A DNA stretch of 64,000 bases from an uncultured delta proteobacterium (GCA_963847445.1 CAWJZV010000026.1:32001-96000); one strand, 5' to 3'; positions 1 through 10,473 are shown, counted from the stretch's first letter. The notes: generated from the letters alone by a model not told the origin. Translations and numbers: made by a program.

Positions 1-24
1 GGTTCAAGGTTCAAAAGTTCAAGG
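1..24 (+). repeat. GTTCAA tandem array (GGTTCAA GGTTCAA AAGTTCAA GG), cut by window edge
   Basis: Three 7-8-nt units read directly; same family recurs 11 more times in the window. Confidence 0.8.
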
Positions 25-41
25 TAACTCCAGGAGGTTAA

Positions 42-1193
42 ATGAAATACAGCACCGAGAGAATATTGACCACCCACGCCGGCGCCTTGCCGCTGCCGGC
101 GGATTTAAAAGAATTGCACAACGCCCGCACGGCGGGGACGCCTGTCGATGAGCAGGTTTATAGCAAACGGGTCAGCGGCGCGGTCGCCGACATCGTCAAG
201 AAACAAATCGCCTGCGGCCTCGATATCATCAACGACGGCGAACAGGGCAAGTCCAACTTCTCACGCTATGCCCGCGATCGATTGGGCGGCTTCATCGAGC
301 GCGAAGTTAAAGCCAGCGACCATACCTCGACGATTTACGCCAGGGATTTGACCGAGTTCAGCGATTACTTTAGCGCGCGCGCCTACCATCGCGGCGACAA
401 CGTCAAGAGGGTGTTCTGTAACGCGCCGCTGAAATACACCGGCCATGAGTCGTTGAAAGCCGAAATCGCCGACTTCAAAGCCGGCCTGCAAGGTCAGAAA
501 TACGCAGAAGCCTTTCTTCCCGCCGTTGCCCCCGGCACCATCGAGCACTGGATGAAGAACGATTACTACCCTAACGACGAGGCCTATCTTGTCGCCATCG
601 CCGATGCCATGCACGAAGAATACAAAGCCATCGCCGACGCCGGCTTCTTGCTGCAAATCGACGATCCCGATTTACCCGACGGTTGGCAGTTCATGTCGCA
701 GATGACCGTGCCGGAATATCGCAAGTACGCCGAGCTGCGCGTCGACGCGCTCAACCACGGACTGCGCGACATTCCGCCCGACCGCGTGCGCTTTCACACC
801 TGCTGGGGCAGCTACCACGGCCCGCACAAGTACGACATCCCGCTGCGCGACATCATCGACATCATCTTGAAGGTGAACGCCAATACCATCTCGATCGAAG
901 CCGCCAACCCGCGCCACGAACATGAATGGCGCGTCTGGGAAGAAGTCAAACTCCCCGCCGGCAAAGTGCTGGTCCCCGGCGTCGTCGGCCACGCCACCGA
1001 TATCGTCGAGCACCCGCAAGCGATCGCCGATCGCTTGGTCCGCTACGCCAAGATCGTCGGCAGAGAAAACGTCATGGCCGGCACCGACTGCGGCTTCGGC
1101 CCGCGAGTCGGCAGCCCGCAAATCTGCTGGGCGAAGTTCGAAGCCATGGCGGAAGGCGCAAGGCTGGCGACCAAGGAGTTGTGGGGCAAGTAA
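42..1193 (+). CDS. Cobalamin-independent methionine synthase II family (short MetE-like Zn enzyme), subfamily 1
   Basis: 383 aa; TTHAGALP N-terminus, NDGEQGK, LQIDDP, Zn ligands HTCWG...E...TDCGF; GGAGG RBS at 33-37. Confidence 0.9.
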   Translation: MKYSTERILTTHAGALPLPADLKELHNARTAGTPVDEQVYSKRVSGAVADIVKKQIACGLDIINDGEQGKSNFSRYARDRLGGFIEREVKASDHTSTIYARDLTEFSDYFSARAYHRGDNVKRVFCNAPLKYTGHESLKAEIADFKAGLQGQKYAEAFLPAVAPGTIEHWMKNDYYPNDEAYLVAIADAMHEEYKAIADAGFLLQIDDPDLPDGWQFMSQMTVPEYRKYAELRVDALNHGLRDIPPDRVRFHTCWGSYHGPHKYDIPLRDIIDIILKVNANTISIEAANPRHEHEWRVWEEVKLPAGKVLVPGVVGHATDIVEHPQAIADRLVRYAKIVGRENVMAGTDCGFGPRVGSPQICWAKFEAMAEGARLATKELWGK

Positions 1194-1205
1194 ATGCCGC
1201 CAGGT

Positions 1206-1230
1206 GTAGGGGCGACCGGCCGGTCGCCCT
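1206..1230 (+). repeat. GTAG-type REP (GTAG GGGCGACCGG CCGGTCGCCC T)
   Basis: GTAG foot plus perfect GC hairpin 12 nt after stop codon; near-identical copy on minus strand at 54797-54821. Confidence 0.8.
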
Positions 1231-1339
1231 CTGCATCATTCACACCGAACCTGTCAGTTTCTCAACTCATCCACGAATATCATTGACGCTATTCACCGTG
1301 TTCGCATTACAGTGACCGCCAATTTGCCGAGGAGGATTC

Positions 1340-2367
1340 ATGCGTCGAGGTTTAATTTGTCAGCTTGATCGCCATCGCGCTTTCTAATCGTCACCGCTGG
1401 CACCCAGGCCCAGCAACTACCCAAGTCGGTCGCCATCGGCTCCAACCCGCCGGGCTCGCTGTTTTACGCCTTGGCGAGCGGCTTGGCGAAAGTCGTCAGT
1501 GACGCGGCGGCGATTCAGGCGCAAGTCCAGCCGTTCGCCGGCACCAGCACGTTCGTGCCGCTGTTCGACACCGGCGAGCTCGACTTCGGCGTGGTCAACG
1601 CCGTCGACATGGGCATGGTCTACCGCGGCGCGAACTTCAAAGTCGGCGGCAGAAATCCGTTTCCCCATGTCGCCAGCTCCCGGCTGCTCATGCGCGGCTC
1701 GCCGCTGCGCAGCAGCTTTATCGTCAGGAAAGATTCGCCGATCAAGACCTTGGCTGACGTCAAAGGCAAGCGCGTCACCGGCGAGTACCCGGCGCAGTTG
1801 GCGGTTTGGTACAACATGTTCGGCGCGCTCTCGAACGCCGGGCTCTCTTGGAACGATGTCAAAGTCGTGCCCGTGCCGGCGGTCAACGAAGGCGTCGACG
1901 CGCTCGTTCAAGGTCGCGCCGATGTCACCACCCACGCCATGGGCTCGGCGAAACTAAAGGAAGCTGACGCCGCGGTGGGAATCCGCTTTTTATCCCTCGA
2001 TTGTTCCAAGCTCGGCGAAGAGCGGATCAAGAAAGCGATCCCGGGATATTATTTATCGACCGTCAAAGGCGGCTCGTCGTCTGGAATCCTCGAAGACGTC
2101 TGCGCCTACACCTACGATATTTATCTCGTCGGTCATGCCAAACTGCCCGACGCCGTCGTGCGCAGCGTGCTGCAAGCGATCTGGGTCAATATCGACAAGC
2201 TGCCGCAATTCCACCCAGGCTTCGTCGAGTGGACCAAAGCCCGCGCCGTCGATGCCGAGGTGACGATTCCCTATCATCCGGCCGCGGTGCGCTATTTCAA
2301 AGACGCCGGAGCCTGGCCGGCAAAGATGGACGAGGCTCAGAAAAAACTTTTGGCGTGGAAACCGTAG
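1340..2367 (+). CDS. TAXI family TRAP transporter solute receptor (copy 1; indel(s) in signal-peptide region)
   Basis: GGAGG RBS before ATG 1340; IGSNPPGSLFY, DVKGKRVTGEY, IPYHPAAVRYF motifs; main ORF 1471-2367. Confidence 0.85.
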
Positions 2368-2378
2368 CGAAGACTGGC

Positions 2379-2404
2379 TGGAGTATCGGAGTAATGGAGT
2401 TTGG
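2379..2404 (+). repeat. TGGAGTRN octamer tandem array
   Basis: tggagta tcggagta atggagt ttgg directly after the TAXI1 stop. Confidence 0.7.
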
Positions 2405-2434
2405 CAGTAGCGGGATCAGAACGGAGAGAAGTCT

Positions 2435-3479
2435 ATGAATTATCTACACAAAGGCGTCGCGCTATTCTTTTGGTCAATTTATTACTCGCCATGAGTTCAC
2501 CCGTCCAATCGCACAAAAGCTTCCGCGCTTCCGTCGACCATCGGCACCAATCCCGCCGGCACCGTTTTCTACGCCGTCGGCGCCGGTTTGGCGAAAGTGA
2601 TCAGCGGCGCCGGGCCGATGCAGTCGGTGGTGCAGCCTTACACCGGCACGAGCACATTCTTGCCGCTGCTCGACAGCGGCGAGCTCGACTTCGCCATCAT
2701 CAACGCGGTCGAATCCAACCTCGCCTACCAAGGACCGGCCAAACTCAAGATCGGCGGTAAGAATCCATTGCCCCATGTGCCCAACGCCCGGTTGATCATG
2801 CGCGGCTCGCCGTTGTTTATCGGCCTCGTGGTCAAGAAAGACTGGCGTGAAAAGCGTCCAGGAGATCAAGGGCAAGCGCGTTACCGGCGAGTACCCGGCC
2901 AACATTGCGATCTGGTATCACGGCTACGCCGCGCTGGCGAGCGCGGGACTGACCTGGGACGATGTCAAAGTCGTGCCCGTCCCGGCCGTCAACGACGGCG
3001 TCGACGCCGTCGCTCAGGGCCGCGCCGATGTGAGCATACCACGCGATCGGCGCCGCTAAGGTAAAAGAAGCCGACGCCGCCGTCGGGGTGCGTCATCTAT
3101 CCGCTCGATTGCACGCCCGAGGGCGACGCGCGCGTCAGAAAAGCCGGTCCCGGGTTACTCGACACACGACGCTCAAGTCTGGATTCTCCACCGGCATCGT
3201 CGGCGACACCTGTGTGCTTACTTTCGACATTTACATGCTCGGCCACAAAGGGTTGTCCGAACGAGGTGGTCCAAGCCTGCGCTCAAAGCGATCTGGGACA
3301 ACATCGACAAGCTGCCGCCGCTCCATGCCCAGTTTCAGGACTGGACCCGCGAGCGCGCCGCATCCGCCGATGTGACCGTGCCCTATCATCCCGCCGCCGT
3401 GCAGTTTTATAAGGAAAAGAATTTGTGGAACGCCAAGATGGACGAGTCGCAGAAAAGATTGCTGGCGGTGAATCCATAG
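2435..3479 (+). CDS. TAXI family TRAP solute receptor (copy 2; several frameshifts, sequencing error or pseudogene)
   Basis: Pieces in ORFs 2588-3064, 2847-3059, 3088-3375 are colinear with copies 1 and 3 (QPYTGTSTFLP, KGKRVTGEYPA, VPYHPAAVQFY). Confidence 0.8.
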
Positions 3480-3503
3480 GAGCGTAAAGAAGAAAGAATG
3501 AAT

Positions 3504-3527
3504 TGGAGTGATGGAGTGCTGGAGTAC
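3504..3527 (+). repeat. TGGAGTRN octamer tandem array
   Basis: tggagtga tggagtgc tggagtac between TAXI2 and TAXI3. Confidence 0.75.
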
Positions 3528-3549
3528 AGGTTCGGACAGGAGAGATGTT

Positions 3550-4587
3550 ATGAACCGACACTGGAAGATCATCGCGATTGCTTTCTCTGAGTCTTGACTT
3601 GTGCACTGCAAGGCGATACACGTACACGCGCAGAAAGTTCCGGCGTCGACGACCATTGGATCGAATCCCGCCGGTTCGCTTTTCTACTCCGTCGCCAGCG
3701 GTTTGGCGAAAGTGATCAGCGGCGCAGGACCGATGCAGGCCATCGTTCAGCCTTATACCGGCAGCAGCACGTTCTTGCCGCTGCTCGACATTGGCGAGAT
3801 CGACTTTGGTATCGTCAACGCCGTCGACATGGGCATGGCCTACCAAGGCCAGCGCTTAAAGATCGGCGGCAAGAATCCCCTGCCGCACTCGGCCAACACG
3901 CGCCTGATCATGCGCGGCTCGCCGCTCCTAACCAGTCTGGTGGCGAAAAAAGACGGTCCGGTAAAAACCATCGCCGATGTCAAAGGCAAACGCGTCACCG
4001 GAGAATATCCCGCCCATCTCGCCGTCTGGTTCAGCGTCTTCGGCTCTCTCGCCACCGGCGGCCTGACTTGGGAGGATGTCAAAGTCGTGCCCGTTCCCGC
4101 AGTCAACGAAGGCATCGACGCGTTGGTGCAGGGCCGCGCCGAGGTCAGCAACCACACCGTCGCCTCGGCGAAGATCAAAGAAGCCGACGCCGCGATCGGC
4201 GTGCGCTTCGTCTCCCTCGACTGTTCGCCGCCAGGCGAGGCACGGCTCAAGAAAGCCGTGCCCGGATATTATTTAACCACGCTCAAAGCCGGCCACTCCA
4301 ACGGCATCATCGTCGACACCTGCGTCCAGGCCTACGACATGTACCTGGTCGGTCACAAAGGCTTGTCGAACGAACATGTCAGCGCGGCGCTCAAAGGCAT
4401 CTGGGACAACGTCGACAAGCTCGCGCCGCTCCATCCATCGTTGCAGGAATGGAGCCGCGAGCGCGCCATCGACCCCGACGCGACCATGGCCTACCATCCC
4501 GCCGCGGTGCAGTTCTACAAAGATCGCAAAGTCTGGCCCGCCAAGATGGACGAGCTGCAGAAAAAAATGTTGGCGATGAATCCGTAA
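3550..4587 (+). CDS. TAXI family TRAP solute receptor (copy 3; indel near 5' end)
   Basis: ORF 3601-4587 with IGSNPAGSLFY, KGKRVTGEY, AYHPAAVQFY; ATG 3550 after GGAG. Confidence 0.85.
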
Positions 4588-4670
4588 CTCGTCGTTGGGA
4601 GTTCGTAGTCTAGAGTTTAGCGTTTGCTCACGACTGAAACATTTGCAACGACAGGAACTAAGCGCAGCGC

Positions 4671-4742
4671 TGGAACAACTGGAACAATCCGAACTTTTTG
4701 AACGTCTTGAACGGAGCAGAGCGATTGAACGCTTTGAACGAA
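4671..4742 (+). repeat. TTGAACnnn nonamer tandem array (8 units)
   Basis: tggaacaac tggaacaat ccgaacttt ttgaacgtc ttgaacgga gcagagcga ttgaacgct ttgaacgaa: exact 9-nt period. Confidence 0.8.
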
Positions 4743-4756
4743 GTTTATCTTAAAAA

Positions 4757-6700
4757 ATGAGCGACGACCTCGCCCCGACAACTAGATTCCGCATTTTGAC
4801 CGGCGCCACGGCGCTGTTCGCGCGCATCTTGCTCTGCGCGTTGACGCTGTTGGGCGCGTTCTGGGCGCTCGACGTTCACGAGATGATGGAGTGGACGTTT
4901 TTTAAGGAACAGTATCTCGGCCTGTTCTTCGCCCTGGCGATGACGAGCATCTTCATCACCGTCAAGGCGCGCGTCGGCGCCGCCGACGCGGTCATTCCTT
5001 GGTTCGACTGGATTCTGGCACTCGCGAGTTTGATCGTCGGCGGTTTCGTCACCGTCATGTATCCGAGCATCGCCTACCGCTTGGCCATGCTCTCGCCGGA
5101 GCGTTGGCTGCTCGGCGGCGCGGCGATCTTGTTAATCCTCGAAGCCACCCGCCGCTTGGTCGGCTGGGCGTTGGTCTGGATCACCGTGCCGATCATTCTT
5201 TACGCCAATCTCGCCTATTTATTTCCCGGCATCTTAAACGCCAAAGGCTCTTCCTGGCAGCGCATCGCCGCTTATCTATACCTCGACTCCAGCGGCATCT
5301 TCGGCTTGCCCCTCGACGTTGCTGCCGGCATCGTCGTCGCGTTTATCTTTTTCGGCCAAGCGCTTTACGCCGTCGGCGGCGATACCTTTCTCACTGACAT
5401 CGCGCTCGTGCTCATGGGCCGCTACCGCGGCGGTACGGCGAAGGTCGCGGTGGTGTCGTCGACGTTATTCGGTACGGTTTCCGGCAGTGCGGTGGCTAAC
5501 GTCGTCGTCGACGGCGCCATCACCATCCCGATGATGAAAAAGAGCGGCTATCCCCCGCACACCGCCGCCGCCATCGAAGCGGTGGCATCCAACGGCGGCC
5601 AGATTATGCCGCCGGTGATGGGCGTGGCGGCCTTTTTGATGGCGGAGTTTTTAAATATTTCCTACGGCGAAGTCGCCCTCGCTGCGGCGATCCCGGCTTG
5701 TCTTTACTATGTCGCGCTGTTCACCCAGATCGATCTCGAAGCCGCCAAGCTCGGCCTCAAGGGCATGCCGGAAAACGAGATTCCCAAATTCCGCAAGGTG
5801 ATCAAACGCGGCTGGGTGTTTCTCGTGCCGCTGGGCGTGTTGGTTTACACCTTGATGTTCGCCTTCTGGGAAGCCGGCAAAGCCGGCATGGCCGCGGTCG
5901 TCACGACCTTCCTCGTCGGCGCGCTGCAAAAAGACACGCGGCCGACGTTCAAGAGCATCCTGACCAGCGTCGAAGAAACCGGCCGCATTCTCCTCGACAT
6001 CGTCGTCGTCACCGCGCTCGCCGGTCTGGTCATCGGCGCCTTCCAGCTCTCCGGCCTGACCTTCAAGTTCGCCCTCCTGCTGGTCAACATGGCCGGCGGC
6101 AGCACCATCGCGCTGTTAATTCTCACGGCGATCGCGTCGATCATCCTCGGCATGTCGCTGCCGACCACCGTCGTCTACATCATGCTCGCGGTCCTCGTCG
6201 GCCCGGCGCTGGTGCAAGTCGGCATCCCGCCGTTAGCCGCGCATCTGTTCTTTTTCTACTTCGGCATGCTGTCCTTGATCACGCCGCCCGACTGCATCGC
6301 CACCTACGCCGCCGCATCTATCGCTAGAGCCGATTTCTGGAAATCCGGTTGGACCGGCATGCGCTTGGGCATCGTCGCCTACATCGTGCCGTTTATCTTC
6401 GTGTTTCACCCGGCGCTGCTGTTCAAAGGCAGCTTCGTCGATATCGGCAGCGCCATCGTCACCGCCGTCATCGGCGTTATTTTCCTCGCCATCGGCGTAG
6501 CCGGCTTCCTCTTCCGCCCCCTCGGCTGGACCAAACGCATCATCATGATCATCGCCGGCGTCGCGCTCATCCCCTCCGCCTCCGCACCCATCTGGCTCGC
6601 CTCCAACCTCTGCGGCTTTATCGTAGCGCTGATTGTCGTGGCGCTGGAGTGGAAGTTTAGAGTGCCGAAAATCGCCCTCAGCCAACCGGGTGTGGGCTGA
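4757..6700 (+). CDS. TRAP transporter fused permease (4TM/12TM, TAXI-associated)
   Basis: 647 aa hydrophobic; GTVSGSAVANV, EAVASNGGQIMPPVMG, GMSLPTT, SLITPP motifs. Confidence 0.92.
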   Translation: MSDDLAPTTRFRILTGATALFARILLCALTLLGAFWALDVHEMMEWTFFKEQYLGLFFALAMTSIFITVKARVGAADAVIPWFDWILALASLIVGGFVTVMYPSIAYRLAMLSPERWLLGGAAILLILEATRRLVGWALVWITVPIILYANLAYLFPGILNAKGSSWQRIAAYLYLDSSGIFGLPLDVAAGIVVAFIFFGQALYAVGGDTFLTDIALVLMGRYRGGTAKVAVVSSTLFGTVSGSAVANVVVDGAITIPMMKKSGYPPHTAAAIEAVASNGGQIMPPVMGVAAFLMAEFLNISYGEVALAAAIPACLYYVALFTQIDLEAAKLGLKGMPENEIPKFRKVIKRGWVFLVPLGVLVYTLMFAFWEAGKAGMAAVVTTFLVGALQKDTRPTFKSILTSVEETGRILLDIVVVTALAGLVIGAFQLSGLTFKFALLLVNMAGGSTIALLILTAIASIILGMSLPTTVVYIMLAVLVGPALVQVGIPPLAAHLFFFYFGMLSLITPPDCIATYAAASIARADFWKSGWTGMRLGIVAYIVPFIFVFHPALLFKGSFVDIGSAIVTAVIGVIFLAIGVAGFLFRPLGWTKRIIMIIAGVALIPSASAPIWLASNLCGFIVALIVVALEWKFRVPKIALSQPGVG

Positions 6701-6786
6701 ATTCGCGCCATTCGCATTGAAGGAGCGCTTAAGCGCAGCTGCAAAGCTTCTTTCACCACGGCGGAATTTTTTCAATCGGAGGTAAT

Positions 6787-6984
6787 ATGCAATCCCATAG
6801 GGTCAAAATCGCCACAGCTCTCGCGATCGTCACGAGTATCGGCGCGGGCGGCGTGTCCGCGCAACAGCCATCGGCAAAAAAAAACTTCGACGCTGAGATC
6901 CAAGCAGCACTGGAGTCGGCCAAAACCCGGCTGGGTTCGAGCACTTGGGCGCCTGGTGCGGACTGCGTTCCTGATCGGCTGTGA
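6787..6984 (+). pseudogene. 5' fragment of a secreted protein (possibly MBL-fold hydrolase N-terminus), truncated
   Basis: GGAGG RBS, signal peptide (IATALAIVTSIGAGGVSA-QQ); coding character lost after about 6975; family call is from memory of similar N-termini. Confidence 0.4.
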
Positions 6985-7284
6985 TGCCGCTTCGGCGCGA
7001 ATCACCTTGTGGAGACTGTCGTCAGGGAGTTCGAAGAACAAGCAAGCGCAAAATTTCTTATTAGGTTTTGCGTTACGATTGGCTGAGAATTGCCGTGCTC
7101 AACCGCTGGCGAATATCTGGATACCGCCTCGCCGTTTCACTCCGTTGTTTACGAAGACCGTTCACCCGCCGTTGCACGCCAGCAATTTCACGGACACGCC
7201 GGGGGCGTCGCTGACGGAATCGTTACGAGAAATCCTAAATACTAGAGGCTGGCTGAGTCGAGATGCCGATGACGCCAATCCCAT

Positions 7285-7876
7285 TCACTTCAGCCCATAC
7301 CCCGCCGCGACTTTATCCATGTAGCCGTTCTCATCGAGTTTGCGGATGATCCGGCTGTCGATCAGATCCTCGACTTTGACATTGGCCGTTTTAGGGTTTT
7401 GCGTCGCCATGAGCCGGCGAATGTTGCGCAACCCTTCGAGCGACGGAAACGGTTTGCGCTCGATGCTCGTCATGAGATCCTGATAACCGTCCTCGCCGAC
7501 TTTGGCATCGTCGAGCTCCAGCCGGCGCATGATCGTGCGCACGACGACATTCTTGTTCATCGGCGCCAGCGTGTACGCCAGGCTGTCAACCAATACCATG
7601 AGAATCCGTTCGGCGAGCTCACGGCGCTTCTGGACAAATTCCGGGGTCACGACGACGGCTTGATTGACCATCGGAATATTCGCGGGGGTCAGATCGACGA
7701 TGACCGAGAATCCTTTGCTGATCAGCCGGCGCGCCAAGCCGCCGTCGAGCACCGCGGCGTCGATCCTGCCGGCTTCCAACGACTGGCCGATCAGCACCGA
7801 GTCGCCGATCATGAGAATATTGATGTTGTCGCGCTTGACGTCGAGGCCGACATGTTCGAGGCCAAGGATCGTGTGC
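7285..7876 (-). pseudogene. C-terminal half of an NMT1/SsuA-type ABC substrate-binding protein, 5' truncated
   Basis: Frame reads HTILGLEHVGLDVKRDNINILMIGDS...KPFPSLEGL...DLIDSRIIRKLDENG; upstream it runs into a REP/repeat cluster at 7878-8015, with no N-terminal half. Confidence 0.7.
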
Positions 7877-7914
7877 TACAGGTGGTTGCCCCCTACAATC
7901 GGAATCGGAATTAC

Positions 7915-8015
7915 TCTCGCAAAGGCGCAAAGACGCTAAGCTCGGACAAAGAAGAACTGCGGCCCTTTTCACATTCCCTCTATGCTAACTTTGCGCCTTC
8001 GCGCCTTTGCGAGAG
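7915..8015. repeat. Inverted repeat with tandem CGCAAAG arms
   Basis: tctcgcaaaggcgcaaagacgctaag (7915-7940) ... ctttgcgccttcgcgcctttgcgaga (7989-8014); second copy at 43261-43399. Confidence 0.8.
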
Positions 8016-9232
8016 ATCATCCAATTTCTTCTTCCTGTAACCTTCGCCATTTTTTCGGCTAATGTTCCGAATCGATCCAAATGAAAAAACTTGATCGCAT
8101 TGTCGGCGACCATTTTACGCTTCTCGTCCGCCGGCACGCCGGTCATCTGCGCGTCCAAGACTTTCAAAGAATTGGGCCAGCGCGTGACCACATGGGGAAA
8201 GTCGGTCGACCACATGATCCGGTCGACGCCGATCTCGTGGCGCAGCTTCATGCCGATGCGGTCTTCGAAGAAACCCCACTGGGCGTTCTCTTTCAGATAC
8301 TCGCTCGGCAAGCGCTTCAAGCGCGGCAAACCCATTTGCCGCTCGGCCCAAAATCGATTGGTTTCGTACTCATGGTCGATCTGCTCGCTGAAGTACGGCA
8401 GCCAGCCGACGTTGTTCTCGGCCCAGTAAATGCGCAACTTGGGAAAGCGGTCGAAAATACCGCCGACGATGAACTGACTGATTTCCACTGAGCCGGAATG
8501 ATGCGGCGCCTGGCGCGCGAAGCGCTGGACGAAATCCGTCGGCGGCCGGCGCTCGCCCTCGGGCTCTTGCGGATACTTGAACAGCGGCGTCTCGCGCGAA
8601 CCGACTTTGGTCGGGAAGCTCGTGTGAATCACCAGCGGCATTTCGAAATCCAGCGCCGCCGCCCAAAAGCGGTCGTCCTCCGGCGTGGGAAATCCTTTGC
8701 CGCTGGGGAAAGTGCTGAGCCATGCGCCCTTGAGGCCCATGCGCTTGCAGCGTGCCATTTCGGCGATGTCTTCGGCCACGCCGCTGTTGGGCAGCACCGC
8801 CATGCCGATCAACCGGTCACGGTCGACGGCGCAGTATTCCTCGGCGAAGAAGTCATTGAAGCCCTGCACTACGCCGATGCGCGCCGCCTTGTCGCGGATC
8901 GCCGAATTGCGCACGTCGAGGGCGAACAACACTTCGGCGTCGATGCCGTCTTGATCCTGCTCGCGCAAGCGCTGCTCGGCCGGGCCGCAGCCCGGCGTGT
9001 TGTCGTAGTCCAACTGCGTCGGATCGAATATTCCGGCGCGCGCCCGCCGTACAGACTCGTGCCACCGTAGATCAAGCGCCTTGCCTTCCAGCGCCAAGGC
9101 GTCTTTGCCGTTGGCCAATTTGATCCGCCGCGGCGCCCGGTCGCGGTATTTCTCCGCCACCCGGTGCGTCCAATGCTCCGGCGGCGACTCATAATGACTG
9201 TCCGCAGAAATGAAACGGTAATGCCTGGCCAT
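7985..9232 (-). CDS. Amidohydrolase_2 family protein
   Basis: ISADSH, EQDQDGIDAEVLF, DRFPKL.IYWAEN, IMWSTDFPH; compensating indels near 9030-9075; real stop may be earlier than 7985. Confidence 0.88.
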   Translation of the reverse strand: MARHYRFISADSHYESPPEHWTHRVAEKYRDRAPRRIKLANGKDALALEGKALDLRWHESVRRARAGIFDPTQLDYDNTPGCGPAEQRLREQDQDGIDAEVLFALDVRNSAIRDKAARIGVVQGFNDFFAEEYCAVDRDRLIGMAVLPNSGVAEDIAEMARCKRMGLKGAWLSTFPSGKGFPTPEDDRFWAAALDFEMPLVIHTSFPTKVGSRETPLFKYPQEPEGERRPPTDFVQRFARQAPHHSGSVEISQFIVGGIFDRFPKLRIYWAENNVGWLPYFSEQIDHEYETNRFWAERQMGLPRLKRLPSEYLKENAQWGFFEDRIGMKLRHEIGVDRIMWSTDFPHVVTRWPNSLKVLDAQMTGVPADEKRKMVADNAIKFFHLDRFGTLAEKMAKVTGRRNWMISRKGAKAQS

Positions 9233-9478
9233 GAATCTTACCTCAACTATCTTTAAAATTGTTTGGCGGTGAGCTTCTTAGAAAAATCGCGCACCCCCGG
9301 CCAAATCACGAGCCATTGCTTCACCAACGGCTGGATTTTCGCAGCAGAAAGCATCTCAGCATCCTCGCCGCCGGCCATGAGACCTCGCAGACACGAACTC
9401 CAAGACTGCCACTGTTTTAGCGTAATTGTTTATCAAGAAATCTCTGCGCTTGCCTGCCCAACGAACGTTCGGCGGATT

Positions 9479-9747
9479 CTACTTCAGAACCTCCTTCAAT
9501 TTGTTGGCGATCGCCGGCGGCAGTTTGAACAAGCGCTCGACGATCTTTTGCAGCTCCTCGCCAAATGACACCCGAGCATTCGTCCCCAAGTGTCGAAGGC
9601 CCCGCCCGCCGATGCACCGACGAGGATCCGCACGGTTTTGCCTTTATAGAAATCATGGGTGGTCGCGGTGGCAGTCTCAACTGCCCATCCCATACTGCTT
9701 GCCAACACCGCTGCGCGCCACAATCTCATGCCAAAAGACTTTTGCAT
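9479..9747 (-). pseudogene. TctC/Bug (tripartite tricarboxylate transporter) receptor with large internal deletion
   Basis: Signal + DFYKGKTVRILVGASAGGAFDTWGR joined out of frame to the C-terminal GEELQKIVERLFKLPPAIANKLKEVLK*. Confidence 0.75.
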
Positions 9748-9849
9748 CCCTCCAGCCAGCCAGAAAATTCCTTAACACAGTCGTCGCGGATTACACTAGG
9801 GCGGATCTCTCTTTTTACTATCTCGTGCATATAGTGTATTCTTAACCTG

Positions 9850-10473
9850 GTGATTAGTCCTGAAAGACAGATCGTTGAAAAGGGTTTCGAACAAGACCGC
9901 CAGGATTATTGGGCGATGCGCGATGAATTGCTCATCAAGTATCCCGGCAAATGGGTCGCGGTGCATAAAGGGCGCGTCGTCTCCGTGGCCGATGAACCGT
10001 TATCCATCATGGAACAGGCGCTCGCCGAAGACGGCTATGCCTATGCGAACAAAGTCGGCGATGAGGATAAGATTGTGATTCGCCAGCGGCGTGTGTCATT
10101 TCCCTATGACGCGACCTATTCTCCGACTCCGCTGCCGCGCGTAGCGGCGGTGATCTACAATTTTCAGCGGACCAAAAGTAAAGCGGTCGTGGATGCTATC
10201 CCGGATACTGGTGCCGATGTTACTTGCTTGCCGATGGACGATTGCCAGGATCTCGAACTTTTTCTTTTTCCTTACTACCGGGGAATGTCCCATCCTTTTG
10301 GCGGCGCGGTGCGCTCGGTAACATTTTACGCGGCAAGGATCGAACTCGACGGTCGTTTTTATAATGCTGTAGTGGAGCCCGTAGCCGAATCCGAACGGCT
10401 AATCGGGCGCGAGGTTTTGAACCGGATCAAGGTTACATTCGACGGGCCGTCTCAAACCACGACCTTCGATTGA
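9850..10473 (+). CDS. DUF5678-like domain fused to retropepsin-like (clan AA) aspartyl protease
   Basis: N-terminal KYPGKWVAVHKGRVV; C-terminal PDTGAD catalytic motif and LIGREVLN motif. Confidence 0.7.
   Translation: MISPERQIVEKGFEQDRQDYWAMRDELLIKYPGKWVAVHKGRVVSVADEPLSIMEQALAEDGYAYANKVGDEDKIVIRQRRVSFPYDATYSPTPLPRVAAVIYNFQRTKSKAVVDAIPDTGADVTCLPMDDCQDLELFLFPYYRGMSHPFGGAVRSVTFYAARIELDGRFYNAVVEPVAESERLIGREVLNRIKVTFDGPSQTTTFD

Noticed and set aside
42-1193. Assigning metE to this or the other MetE-like genes
   Set aside because: Half the length of MetE, five divergent paralogs and no methionine pathway context
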